A DNA stretch of 63,192 nt, filler included, from Folioceros fuciformis (taxonomy: Eukaryota), in assembly GCA_049999805.1 (NCBI GenBank). It is 9 parts of 9 records of this genome, joined end to end, with 100 filler letters (N's around TTAATTAATTAA, not from the genome) between each part and the next. Parts side by side here need not be neighbours in the genome. Positions count along the whole stretch, not along the records: positions 15,626 to 28,445 come from JBNGIO010005162.1; positions 28,546 to 34,737 come from JBNGIO010005164.1; positions 34,838 to 39,490 come from JBNGIO010005165.1; 6 more parts are not named here. The stretch is one strand, 5' to 3'. Positions 24,597 through 37,800 of this stretch are shown piece after piece (the first letter of the stretch is position 1; each line of letters opens with the position of its first letter). The position numbers and the translations under genes are program-made. A model generated the notes under the pieces. It saw only the letters and a list, made by a program, of their open reading frames with translations. It was not told where the DNA came from and made no database searches.

Positions 24597-25027
24597 TAGG
24601 TGCAGATCTATTCCATCAGCCAGGCATGTGACGACAGTCAAGATCGATTGCAGGCAATGCACCCGTGCTTTTTGGCGTATCCTACCTTGAACGGAGCAGC
24701 AACTACTATTGCCTTTCTTGGTGATCGAAATAAACAAGTGCCCTTTCCGATTCCTTCATTTGCTCATGATTTGGGCCGTCCATGGATCATTCCAGTTACG
24801 TGTCGTTTCAACTACAGTTGCGGCAGTTATTCTCCCTAAGCTCCTTCATTCCCTGTTGGTCATGGAAGCTTCGTGAGAAGCGTCCTTCCATGAATGAAAT
24901 ACGAATTTGGTTGGTCTCTGGAAAGCGACGCTTCAGCCGAAGTTGCACCCTTAAGACCTTTGCTGGGGTATTTTAGTGGTGGCTGGCCCGCTGTCATGAT
25001 CAGGTGTTTGTGAAGAATCTTGTTGGG

Positions 25028-26005
25028 ATGGGTTCGCCGGCTGAATCAGCTGGTACAGCTCTGGTGGAGGTTCAGTTTTCCTTTATCCCCTCCATGGTGC
25101 TCAATGCCGCTGTCAAGCTCAACCTTGCGGATATCATCGCTGGCGCTGGCGAAGGAGCCACGCTCTCCGCGCCGGAAATCGGGGCAAAGCTGCCCACCTT
25201 CAGCTCCAAGCTCAGTCTTACCAATCTGAATCGACTTCTTCGTTCCCTGGTGCTTTACAACATCTTCAGCGCTGAGCATGGTACAGCTTGACGTAGTACT
25301 CCTGACTGAAGAGCCGACTGAAGCGTTTAGCCTACGACTATAATTGAACCCTAAAGTGCGGACTGCATGTGTCACAGGACAAGGCACCTCGGAGGTTCGG
25401 TATGGTCTAACTCCCATGTCAGAGCTCTTGGTCAGCAGTGCACCTCACTCGTTGCTTCTCACAGTCAGAATGATGTTCCACAAGGCCTTCCTCACTCCCT
25501 GGCTCTACTTGGCCGAGTCAGTTCTGGATGGCGGTGGTGAGCCCTTCAATGTAGCCAACGATAGCAAGGATATCTGGGCTCTGGGTAAGGAGGATGACCA
25601 GGTTAGCGCCATTTTCGGTGAGGCAATGGTTGGCATTAGCACCATCGTCTTGGATTCCATCTTACCCAGATATGAGGGGTTTAAAGATGTGGGGGTGCTT
25701 ACCGATGTGGGAGGAGGGTTTGGATTGTCCTTGAAGAAGATCATCAAGCACAACCCTCACATCAAGGGCATCAACTTCGACCTGCCAAACGTGAGTGCTG
25801 CAGCTCCAGAGATACCTGGTGAGAGAATGAACGGAACTGGTCCTGCTTCTCGTCTACTAGCACGTCTGCTTTCCTTCTGCATCACCATCATCATCATTTT
25901 CTTCTTGCGGAAACTAACCAGCTATTTTGCAAACTTCCAGGTGTAACTAACATGGGAGGAGATATGTTCGAGAGCGTCCCCAAGGCAGATGAAATCCTCA
26001 TGAAG
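25028..26005 (+). pseudogene. Class II (COMT-like) plant O-methyltransferase, last exon missing
   Basis: Exons 25028-25280, 25378-25818 and 25941-26005 have GT-AG borders. Motifs: dimerisation domain PSMVLNAAVKLNLADII..NLNRLLRSL, YGLTPMS, SAM motif LTDVGGGFG, GINFDLPNV, GGDMFESVPKADEILMK. The expected next exon (WxLHDW) is replaced by Copia sequence. Confidence 0.85.
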
Positions 26006-26039
26006 GTACCATTAACTTGCATGCTTGAAAGAAACAGCT

Positions 26040-27690
26040 CATACACAACACAACCTTGGCACCATCACCCTTTGGAGTGTGGTGATCCTCTTCTGCTATC
26101 GTTGGTGGATCTGGAATCAGGAAGGTGTCCTGGATAAACTCAGAGTCGAGGTCCTTGTAAATAGCCGTGCTCTCCGCATGACTTCCAATCATGTTCTCAG
26201 CAAACACAACATCAGAACTTTTATACATCTGCTTGCTGACGGGATCCCACAATCTGTAAGCCTTTCACTTATTCCCGTAACCAATGAAGCTGCACTTGAT
26301 GCTTCTGTCGTCCAACTTCTTCCTCAGTTGCTTAGGAACATGCACATATGCTACACAACCAAACACTCTCAAGTGTGAGACATTTGGTTTCTCACCAAAC
26401 CAAGCTTCATGGGGTGTCATGGAGCCACCTAGTGCCATGGTAATTGACATATTCTGTACGTGTATCGCCGCTGCCATTGCATCTGCCAAAAATATTTTGG
26501 CAGCCTGCTTTCCGCTAGCCTACTCCTAGCGCCATTGCAAATGGTACGATTCTTCCGCTCGGCGATCCCTGCCTATTGCAGCGTGTACCTTGTCGTCAAC
26601 TGCCTCTCAATTCCGGCCGCTATGCATTCATCCTTGAAGAGTTTACTCAAATACTCTCCTCCTCCATCAGTTCAAAGTTTCTTCAACTTCTTTCCGGTTT
26701 GTTTCTCCATAGTCGCCTTGAACATTTGAAATGGTTGGATCTTCTTCCGTAGGAAATACACCGCTGTTCTCCTATTGTAGTCGTCGATAAACAAAATATA
26801 ATATTTCACCTGTATCATCCTTGCTTCCACTTGCATTGGTCCGCAAAGATCAGAGTGGACAAGTTCTAAGACTTCTTTTGCTCTCTTCGTGATTGAAACA
26901 TAAGATCTTTGGGGATGCTTGCCTTTCATGCAAGCGTCACACAAACCAAGTTCTGCCTTCTAGAGCTCCATTCCTGTCACAAGCTTCTTCCGCTCCATCT
27001 CCAGGAGAAACTTCAAGTTGGTATGCCCAAACCATCTATGCCACAGTAAGGCATTTCCACCTTTCTCCGACACTGTCAGAACCTCTTGGTCGTTAGGAAC
27101 CTCCATCTGGTACAAGTTCCCTGTACGGTGCCCTTTTGCCACCACATCCCTGTGCATTTGTCCATTCTTCATAAACAAAACTTCCTTCTTCCTAAAAAGG
27201 ACCTGTAGACCTGCATCGGTCAATGATGCCACGGGTATGAGATTTCTACGTAGGTGTGGTACAAACAGCGCTCCCTCCATTGCCTTGACCTCGCCGTCGA
27301 GCAATCTGAGCCTGTACTCCCCCACACCCTTGATGCCTATCTCGCTATTGTTCCCTAGGCTCACCACTGTCTACTCCCTCCTATGGTCTTGAAGGAGCTC
27401 CTTATCCTTTACCATAAAGGATGTACATGTGAAATCTATCGTCAGGTATCATTTCACTTGTGTACTGTAGCACGCGTGCAATACTTCTTCTGTGAGCGTT
27501 GCCTCCGCAATCTCACCTTTACTCTCACCCTCCGTGAGATGTGCGGTCTTCCAATCCTTGCAATCCTTCTCATAATGACCATACTTGAAGCATTTCCGGC
27601 ACTATCCCCTCTTCACTATTCTCTTGTCCTTCTATCCCTGCGAGGACTCCCCCTGCTTGTCCTTGTTCCGGTTGTTCCATCCCTTCCCCT
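26040..27690 (-). mobile_element. Degenerate Copia fragment (gag end, protease, integrase)
   Basis: CRKCFKYGHYEKDC knuckle at ~27600; LFVPHLRRNLI; LWHRWFGH..CDACMKGK; ELVHSDLCGP; KPNVSHLRVFGCVAYVHVP. Many stops and frameshifts. Confidence 0.85.
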
Positions 27691-28700
27691 AAAGAAATTA
27701 AAGTAATTAGGGTTGCATTACTTAAATTAATAGCCAGCATTTATTAAATGCATTAAATCAAAACGTTAGATTTAAATAGCTACGTTTGAGGGTCGTGTCC
27801 CAAAAATCCTAACCGTCACTTTCACGGGACACCTCGAATCGGTGTCCCTCACACACCTTAAAAGGACACACGACTTTAATCAAAATGCTCTCTAAAAATT
27901 TCTTCTCTAGTCAATCACATCTATGTTTTTATGGTATCATAGCCATGTGATGGATCCTATCTTTACTTCCCCACAAATATGTGACACGTGCAAGAGCACC
28001 TATTGCATTAGAAGTCTACCTCATGCATCCTTTTGTGCTGAAATTACAGTGCTCAGGAATGCCTTAGGTAGATTTGGGAAGATGACTGATGCATTCTTGG
28101 CAAGCGCAGTTGCGCACTATTGCGTATAGTGTACGCTATGCCGAGAGGTAGAGGGAAAGGCAAATATACACCCCTGCACATTAAGCCAGATCCCTTGCTT
28201 GGCATTCGCAGAGAAAAACTAGCACCGTTTCTTAGCAACACGCATTCAAGTTTGCAGAACATCGTCCCTCTGTATGTCAAACTTGTGCAGACGGATTTAA
28301 GTCTTTTCCGTCACCATCTAATCAATTGTTGGTTGAGATATACGAGCTGATTAAGTCGCAAGGACAGATCACTCGTGGAAAAATTTCTGAATTAACACAC
28401 AGGCTAGTCATCAATACTAGCAAAATTGATGCATTAACCTTGAAGNNNNNNNNNNNNNNNNNNNNNNNNNNNNNNNNNNNNNNNNNNNNTTAATTAATTA
28501 ANNNNNNNNNNNNNNNNNNNNNNNNNNNNNNNNNNNNNNNNNNNNAAGAATAGAATTAGATGGTGAAACGACGTTCGTGTGTCTTTCACATGGCACGGCA
28601 GTTACCAACTACCAACCGTCAACGTGCCCTAAAAATAAATGAAACTATTCATATCTACTCGCCTAACCCTAATACACTTATTATTTAATACAATTATTAT

Positions 28701-31583
28701 TTAAAGGGTAAGCGAATCCTCATCGAACAGCACATACACAGGGGATCCAAAGATTCTCATATGAGAGATGTTTGGTTTCACTCCAGTCCAAACTTCAAAC
28801 GGGGTTCTCCCTTGCACAGTTGAGTGCTTAATCCAGTTCTGAATATAAGTTGCATAAGCAACTGCCTCTGCCCAGTAGCTTGTGGGAAGGCCTGCATATG
28901 CTAGCATGCTTGATGCTGAAGTCTCAAGTGCCTTGTTCTTGTTTTCAGCCACTCCGTTTTGTTGTGGAGTCCGTGCATTGGTCAGCTGCCTAAATATGCC
29001 ATGCTTCAAACAAAATGTTTGAAACTCACCGGATGTGTACTCTCCCCCATTGTTGGTACGGATAGCCTTCAGTGACTGTTCACTCTGCCTTTCTGCCCAA
29101 GCCTTGTACTCTTTGAAGCATTCTAGGGTTGTAGATTTGAGTCTTATGTTGTAGACCACAGTATAGCGTGAAAAGTCATATATAAAGGTAATAAAATAGG
29201 ACTTGCCTCCAAGAGAAGTGGGTAGAGGCCCACACAAGTCACTGTGCACCAGACCAAGAACCCTGGTCCCTCTCTCAGCTGGTTCTGTTGGGAACGCTGA
29301 CCTGTGGTGCTTCCCAATCACGCATGCATCACACACTCCGAAATCCGAGAAGGTATCCAACTTCAGACCTTCTACTAGCTTGTTTTGGTGCATTCTTACG
29401 AGCTTCTGGAAATTTAAGTGGCCCAATCTGAGATGCCACAAATATGTAAGGGAAGGTCTAACCATGTGTGTTGATGCAACGTTGGCCTGATCCTTCTTGA
29501 CGTCCAGGTGATAGAGGTCATCACCTCTAAGCCCTCCAGTGGCCATCAGCTTACCTTCAGGTGTCTCTACTACACACCTTCTACTGCCAAAGCATATAAA
29601 GCAACCCGCTTCATCAATCTTTCTCACCGACTCCAGGTTTTTGGCTAAACCTGGCACGTACAGTACATCTGGAATCTCCAGGTACTGATCTGGTTTGAGA
29701 TCCAGCTTGATCGTACCTTGACCTTCTATCCTATGCTTGGAGTTGTCTCCTAGACACACATATCTCTCACTTGGCATTGGCTGTAGGCTAGTGAAGTAGG
29801 AATGATGTGGTGTCATGTGCTGCGAGGCTCCGGAGTCGATGTACCACGCATGCTCTGTCTTGGTTGCAAAACAGGTAACTACCAATGCCATAGAACTTCC
29901 TACATGTGAGATTTCAGCTGGTTCATAATGCATAGCTACTGTAAAGGCCTTCGAGTACTTCTTCAAAGTGACTGCTAGGTTTCCACCAGTGTGCCTGCCA
30001 CCTGACTCGTTTGCCAACCGTTTCCTGCAGACCTCCCATGTGTGGTTTGGGATACCACAATAGCCACATGATGGCTTTGGTCTACTTGGGTTAAATGAGG
30101 TCAGACGAGTTGGGAAACCTCGGCCACGTCCTCTGCCTCTGAACATGGGCTTTCCTCTGCCCCTACCTCTGCTTGAACCAAACTTGTCGGTGAACAAGGC
30201 TTTGTCCCCTGCAGCTATGGAAGATGAAGCCATCTTCCGTCGATTCTCCTCGGTAAGCATCGTGGAGATGACACGATTAACCATGATGGCAGCTACACTT
30301 TGCAGGGACTGGACAACATTTGTCCAACTTTCAGGCAATTGTGACAGAAGAATAACCGCCATCACTTCTTCTTCTAGTTTGAACCCTAATGGTAAGAACT
30401 TGGTCTGCCAGCTCCTCCAGGTAAGCACATACTCTGCCACGTTGTCTGTCTCCGACATCCTCAATCCCACAAAGGACTTAAGCGTGTGGGTTTTGAGCAT
30501 GAGATCCGTGGCATCATAAACTTCTAACAGTTGTTGCCACAATGCGGTTGCAGATGTAATGCCACCCATCAAAGTGGCAATATGGGAGCTCGTCACACGC
30601 ATTGTGAGCGAGCTCCTTGCTTGCTGGTTTGCAGCCTTTCATGCTGCAATCTCGTCGGCTGGTGCGGTTGCAGGTGGTTCAGGCCTAATGACTGTTGCTC
30701 CTACATACTCCCATATATTCCTGGATTTCAGCAATTCCTCCATTCTGAACTTCCAAAGGTTGAAGTTCTCTCCATCAAACTTGTCTTCTTTGGCCAAGGC
30801 AACAGGTGTTGGGGGCTGCTGAGTTGCCATGACTTTTGGCTGGACATGCTGACAGCTAGACTGGATGGAATCTAGCCTTGCAGGATGTTTTGAAATCTAG
30901 CAGATCTTCTACTTCAAGGGAGACTAGGAGATTAAGGGTTTGTGAGAAGCATTACTCAGAATGGATTTTATGGACTACATAAGATGCATAGTCATAAATT
31001 TAGCTAAGTGTAGGTGTGAGAGGTTGTTGTCTAAAAAGGCTATCTAGCTTGAAAAGGATAACCTGGAAAACATTTTCAGGTGTTGCAGGTAGGCTAATTA
31101 CAAAAGTGGAGGTTGAAGGGGCCGCCATTGTGTTCTACAGGTAAAGGTCAGACACATATATTTGGCTCCAATCATAGTCTTCACCTGCAAGCACTCCTTG
31201 CAGCAAGGAGTGCTTGTCGCTCCTGTCAATCCTTACGCCTAGAAGAATAGTCTGCACAGACTATCTCCTAGACTGCAACTGGCCCCCCTCTTGGCCAAGA
31301 ATCATTGACCAAGAATACCATCCTCACACGCTCCACAATGAAGATAGCATTAGCGAATATGGCACAATTGCAAGCAGAGCAGAATCACCGCAAACACATG
31401 CTCTGATACCATGAATGGTTTTGGATTCATTACATTAACGTGAGCACGGCCACACTCTTATGTGTGCGGGTGCCTGGAAGCGGTTACACGGTTATAACCA
31501 TAAGAACCCGTCAACCTAGGGTTTATTCTATACTTGACTTAACTAACCTAATGACCGTACTACTATATATATATATTGCTTCA
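28701..31583 (-). mobile_element. Copia C: 5' LTR, PBS, gag-PR-IN, truncated in the integrase C-terminus
   Basis: LTR 31583-31412 (TGAA...TTCA termini). PBS TGGTATCAGAGC at 31411-31400. Gag starts at 30830 with a stop at 30639. CGYCGIPNHTWEVC, WYIDSGASQH, VHSDLCGP, PQQNGVAE. Ends abruptly after HMRIFGSPVYV. Confidence 0.9.
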
Positions 31584-31884
31584 GCATGATGGTGTTGCAG
31601 CTCTATAAGAGTGAAGCGTTTGCTTCCTTCAGACACCACAAAATCTCCTCTACTTGCATCCACATTTCTCAGAGCAGTAACTTGGCTTATCAAATCCTCG
31701 ATTGGGTCACATGATCTTGCACATTGCGCACACGCATACCTCAACCGAATTTTCAACAAGAGAATACTCCCTCAAGAGAAAGCCTATTCCCAAAAAGCAA
31801 GAGAATACAAGCTTATAGCTACAGTAAACACTACTGAGCTAGGCTTTTATACCTGCTACCTCAAACCTGCTGCAGCCACATCCA

Positions 31885-34737
31885 TGATAGGATATTAATT
31901 ATCCTTTAGTTAGGTCAAGTCTAGGTTAGCTAACCCTAGCGGTTGTAACGGCCAGTATATCACTTTCCCGTGACACCAACTTGTAAGCTAATTCTATCTA
32001 AGCATGCACAGCGTACGCTTGTGCTTGTGCCTATCTATCTTAGTGCTGTGATTATATCATGGTATCAGAGCATGGTTCTGATCCACTCGTATGCTACCTT
32101 AGCATTTTGCGGATCGTGGATCACTGCAGCTTTTCCGGCTTCCTGGATTTGTTGCAGCAAGACGAACCTGCATTTTCTTTTTCTGCTTTATGCAGCGATG
32201 CTAGTTCCCTGTTTCTTATTAATTCCTGGACGGGTGTAGTAACGTGCAGCAACTCTCTTGTGCGCAAGTGCCTCCAGGTTCCCTGCCTGCGAGAATGCAC
32301 ACAAGGAAGGCTGTTAGCACCAACTATGCCTGGACGCAAGAAATGTGAAAGACTAGCTCGAAGGAATTAGCGCCAGCAAGATTTACAAGTCTGGCTCGCT
32401 GCCAGGGACGAGGCCTACACATGTACGCTTGGTCTAAATCATTGGCAGCAAGTGTGGGTTCGCATCTGCATTTTCTTGGAGTTGATGGTGACCAACCTGC
32501 TTCAGGGGTATCCAGCCCTGGACGGGTATGATTTCAGCGCCTTCAACGTTGATGACCTGCTTTGAGAGGAATCATGTTACTCCCTTCTTGGAGTTCCTTT
32601 TATGCGTATCTTCCAACACCAGCATGCGAGCTATGTGCTTTATTGCATTGTCACCTTTGTGACCTATTCTCAAGGGAGCCTGCGCATAAGCAACCGTCCT
32701 CAACATGGATAAATCAATATGCAGCACATATTCTTTATTATATACAATCTGAATTTGACTTGTTAAGCAAAGATATCGTCTATATTACTTTGCTGATCGT
32801 CGATACTGCAGGAGAGCTGTCCTGCAAGGCCACATACCGTTCAATAATTCACTAATTCAGCAGCAACCATGGCTGGCAATGTTCCAGCAGTCCCTCAAAC
32901 CTTGGCACCTACCATAGCCAAGGAAGATAAATTTGATGGTACAAATTACCATATTTGGAGGGACAGAATGGTCGAGATCTTGAAGTCTCGAAGATTGTGG
33001 GGCTACGTAGGAGGACTTGGGACCCCTCCAGTAGTAATTCCCAAACCAGTAGCACCTGATGAGTTGGCCCTCTGGGAGGATGCTGACCAGGCTGCACGCA
33101 CCTTGCTGCAGCTGAGCGTTAAAAGTTCTCATATAGGAGTGTTCCAAGGTGCCCAAACTGCTGAAGAATACTGGAATCAAACAAAAGATGTGTATGACTC
33201 TAGAGACCTCATGTTGCAAACATATGTGTTGAAACAATTTACAGGCCTTAAGATGAAGGATTCTGACTCGGTAGATAAGCATGTCCTGGAGTTTAGAAAT
33301 TGGAGAGCGAAGATGATCTCTGATGGATTTGATTTGGAGGAAGATCTGGTGGCTGTCATCTTGTTGACCACATTGCCCGACACTTGGACAAGTGTGGTAC
33401 AGCACCTGCAAGAAGTACGTAACTTGACAGTGAATAGGGTGATTGCTGTCATGTTAACAGAAGAATCCCACAAGAAAATTCCTAACACAAGCTTGAGCAT
33501 GGATAATGCGCTCTATATGAATAAACCTTTTAGAGGTCGTGGCCGAGGCCGTCCTTGGATGAGAGGAGGCCTTGGAGGCCGTGGTGGACGTGGAGGTTTC
33601 AGACCCCAATCATTTGGCAGTGGTAGAGGTAGGCCACCTTGCAGCCATTGTGGCATGACCAATCCCACTTGGGATACATGCCGAAAACGCCTTGCTGCAG
33701 AAAAGGGAATCCATCAGGCCAACTGGCCGTGACAATGCAGAAGTATAGTCGTGCTTTTATCTCTAGCACAGTTTCAGGAGGCAGCAGCAGCAGCACATTT
33801 GCAGGTGGCAGCACACCTGTCCAGCCATTTCCAGCAGATTCCTATTGGAATGTAGTGACGTGCTATGCAAACCAGAAGGACAATACCTAGTATATCGACA
33901 ACGGAGCCTCCCAACATATGACTCCAGATGCTTCCTACTTCACAGACATGAGAGATAGTTCAGCAACTGAATTCGTGTGCTTAGGTGATGATACAAGGCA
34001 AGGGCACAATACATCTCGACCTTGAGCATTCCCAACATCTGGCCATCCCAGATGTTTTATATGTACCTGGGCTCACGAAGAATCTCGTCTCAGTCCGGAA
34101 GATCGACGAGTCCGGATGTTTTGTGTGGTTTGGAGGCGGAAAATGCGTGGTGGAGTCCAAGGAAGGCACATTGCTTGCAACAGGTCACTTAGAAGATGAT
34201 GACCTGTACCATTTAGACATTCAGTCAGCCAAGGCTCATGCAGCCAGCACCTCTCAACATTATGCACGTCCTACCCAAACTTACCTTTGGCATCTCTGCC
34301 TTGGACATGTCAACTTTAAAAAGCTTGCAGCTATGCATAAGGAGCAATTAGTGGATGGTCTTACCTTGGACCACCTGCAGGATTTCGGAGCATGTGAGGC
34401 TTGCATCCTCGGCAAGCACAAGAAGTCTTCCTTCCCTCCGAAGACTCCCACGAGAGCGACTGACATCTTAGGACTGGTGCATTCAGATATATTTGGACCA
34501 CTACCAAGGTCCATTGGAGGCAAAGAATATTGCCTTACATTTATAGATGATGCCTCATGTTTCTGTGTGGTATATTTCCTACTGTACAAATCAGAAACTT
34601 TTAGATGTTTTGTGGAGTACATGAGAAGGGCTGAGCTGTAGACTGGTCGACATTTGAAGGCACTCCGATCTGACAATGGAGGCGAATACACGTCTGCTGA
34701 ATTTGTGAACTTCTGCAAGTCACATGGCATTGTGAGA
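31885..34737 (+). mobile_element. Copia D (same family as C): 5' LTR, PBS, gag-PR-IN to the spacer
   Basis: LTR 31885-32059 (TGATA...TATCA). PBS TGGTATCAGAGC at 32060-32071. Gag from 32869 is clearly homologous to the gag of C (AKEDKFDG.N...W..RM.E.LKSR..W.YVG). Frameshifts and stops follow. Confidence 0.9.
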
Positions 34738-34837
34738 NNNNNNNNNNNNNNNNNNNNNNNNNNNNNNNNNNNNNNNNNNNNTTAATTAATTAANNNNNNN
34801 NNNNNNNNNNNNNNNNNNNNNNNNNNNNNNNNNNNNN

Positions 34838-37800
34838 ACGCTCTCCAAGATGTTCCTACACTCACAGTAAACCGTGTCATAGCTGCAATGCTCACGAAGG
34901 AGTCAAGAAGGAGGATAGCAACCACTACCCTATCATGAAGCAAGGACAAAGCATTGTACCTGAGCAAGCCATTTTGAGGCAGAGGAAGAGGCCGTCCTTT
35001 CCAGAGAGGTCGCGGAGGCAGAGGTGGAAGGGGTGCATTTCGCCTGCAGAACATCGGGGGTGGAAGGCCGAAACCACCCTGCGGATACTGTGGTATTCCC
35101 AATCACACTTGGGAGGTGTGTAGGAAATGGCTGGCTGGAGAGAGTAGCAACTCTTCTGGCCATCTAGCAATGACTATGGGCAAGTACAGCCGGGCTTTCC
35201 TAGCTTAGACCCATCCGAGTATGACCAAGGCCCACTCGCAGCAGCAGCCCACATGCTTAGTAGTATCTTGCTATGCTAATCAGGCCGAGACAACATGGTA
35301 TATCGATAGTGGAGCCTCTCAACACATGACTCCATATGCCTCCTATTTCACAGATTACAGGCCAAGTACTGCAGCCAGCTTCGTATGTCTTGGCGACGAC
35401 ACCAAGCATAGAATAGAGGGACAAGGCACCATTTTACTTGACCTTGCCCCTGCACAGCATCTATCTATTCCAGATGTCCTATATGTACCTGGTTTGACTA
35501 AAAACCTTGTATCTCTGCGGAAAATTGATGAGTCTAGGTGTTTCATCTGCTTCAGAGGTGGCAGATGCATTGTGGAATCACCCAAGGGTGCCCTGCTGGC
35601 AACAGGCCACCTACAGGCAAATCATATGTATCACCTGGATCTTCAACCAGGTTTAGCAAGCGCGTTGAGTACCTCACAACATTATGCACAGCCATCACAG
35701 ACCTACCTTTGGCACCTCCGTCTGGGTCATGTGAATTTCAGGAAGCTTCTTCAAATGCAGAGAGAGAGGCTTGTCGAAGGACTTAGCTTGGATGTTGTCC
35801 AAGACTTTGGCGTGTGCGAAGCTTGTGTCATGGGGAAGCACAAGAAGGCAGCTTTCCCCATGGATCCTGCCACAAGGGCCACCAAACCACTCGAGTTAGT
35901 TCATACTGATGTATGTGGCCCTCTCCCTCGCTCACTTGGAGGCAAGGAGTATTTCCTTACCTTCATCGACGACTTCACTTGGTTTTGCGTGGTGTATTTC
36001 TTACTTCGCAAGTCCGACACATTATCTTGTTTTGTGGAGTTTCTTCAATGGGTAGAACTGCAGATTGGGCACAAGCTGAAAACCTTGCGATCAGATAATG
36101 GCGGGGAGTATCTGTCCAAGTACTTCGAGGCATTCCGCAAATCTAATGGGATCTCTCGTCAGCTTACTACTTTGTACACCCCTCAGCAGAACGAAATAGC
36201 TGAACATAAGAATTGGGAACTCGAGACTTCTACCTCCAGCATGCTGCATTATGCAGAGTTGCCCAAAAGTTATTGGGCGGAGGCTATGGGTTACGCTACT
36301 TACATTCAAAATCGTATCCCACACAAGGCAGTGAAGGGCGCCACTCCGTACGAGCTATGGACGGGAAAGAAGCCAACAATAGCTCATCTTCGTGTCTTTG
36401 GCTCTATGGCGTATGCACAAGTGTCCAAGGACGTCCGAAGGAAGTTTGAGCTGAAATCTCGACCCTACATCTTTATGGGGTTCACAAATGGCATTAAAGG
36501 TTACAAGCTGATTAACAAGCGGACTCGTCAGATCATGCATTCTAGTGACGTAGTCTTTGTTGAAGGAGTCGAAGCTTTGCAAACAATGGGAGCCAGTTGG
36601 AGCACGAACCTGTCTTTTTCAGACAGCGATAGTGAGCAGGAGGACTTCCTGGTTGGAGACATATCAGTTCCACTGCAGCCACCTCACATACCTGCACAGG
36701 TGGCACCGAATGCACAGGTTACAGTGCCTCCACAAGCACCACTGAGGACTCAGCTACCTCATGTGCAGTCACCTAGCATGCACACACCAGCTAGGACCCC
36801 TAGACGGGCAGTTAGCAACAGGGATATTAGTGGCTCACCTTGGGTCACATTCGACTTGGATTTCGAAGATGCAGTGTACTCGCCTGCATCGGAAACCGTG
36901 CAGTCGAGGAGGAAACCAAAGCACGGGCATCTGGCACCTAGGCGCTCAGCTCGAACACATCGTCCACCAGATTTTTATGTACTAGAATACAGCAGACATC
37001 ATAAGTCACATCTGACCTACTGCTTAGCTGCAAATACAAGTCTGTCTGAGCCATCCACTTATGAGGAGGCTTTAAGTTGTCCAGATGCTGCACAGTGGCA
37101 GCAAGCTATCAATTCCGAGCTGGCATCCTTGTATGAGAACAACACCTAGAAACTTGACAGCCTGCCTGCAAATAGAAAAGCAGTGGGGTCAAAATGGGTG
37201 TTTAAATTGAAGCCCAAGGCGGATGGTACAATAGCAAGGTACAAAGGAAGGGTGGTAGCGCAGGGGTACTCACATATACCCGGCATCGACTTTGATGACA
37301 CTTTCAACCTTGTAGTAAAACTTACTACACTGAGAATGTTCATTGCCCTTGCAGCAGTTAAGAACATGGAGCTAGAACAGCTCGATGTCACAACTGCCTT
37401 TCTGTATGGCAACCTAGAAGAGGAAATTTTCATGCAAGTTCCTGAAGGAGTCACTGTGCCAACAGATATGCCTCGGCTAGTATGCAGATTACAAAAGACC
37501 CTATACGGGCTCAAGCAAAGCCCTAGGGCTTGGTACTCTCGCATCAACACATACCTGAAGGAGTTAGGCTTTACCAGCATCAATGCAGACAGCAACGTGT
37601 ATACTAAGCAAGAAGGTGCGAACTTCCTAGCTCTGGCTATCTACGTGGATGATATTATCATACTGAGCAGTTCCTGGAGGATGATTGCCGAGCTGAAGGA
37701 GCACCTACGCAAGGCCTTCAAGATTACGGATGCAGGAGCTCTCACATTTTGCATAGGCATGCAGCTACAGAGGAACAGGAGTGCTGGCACCATATTCTTG

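Noticed and set aside
27705..28445. TAGGGTTG start with repeated GTGTCCC/GGGACAC motifs, suggesting a hAT-like terminus
   Set aside because: No matching second terminal repeat, target-site duplication or transposase motif before the contig end.
33700..33740. Gag/pol frame change in Copia D as a possible programmed frameshift
   Set aside because: Sister copies C and E are in frame through the same segment (GxLAxTxxKYSxAF), so this is a copy-specific indel.
34700..34900. Treating Copia D and E as one continuous element across the spacer
   Set aside because: They overlap in gag-PR-IN with clearly different sequences, so they are separate copies.
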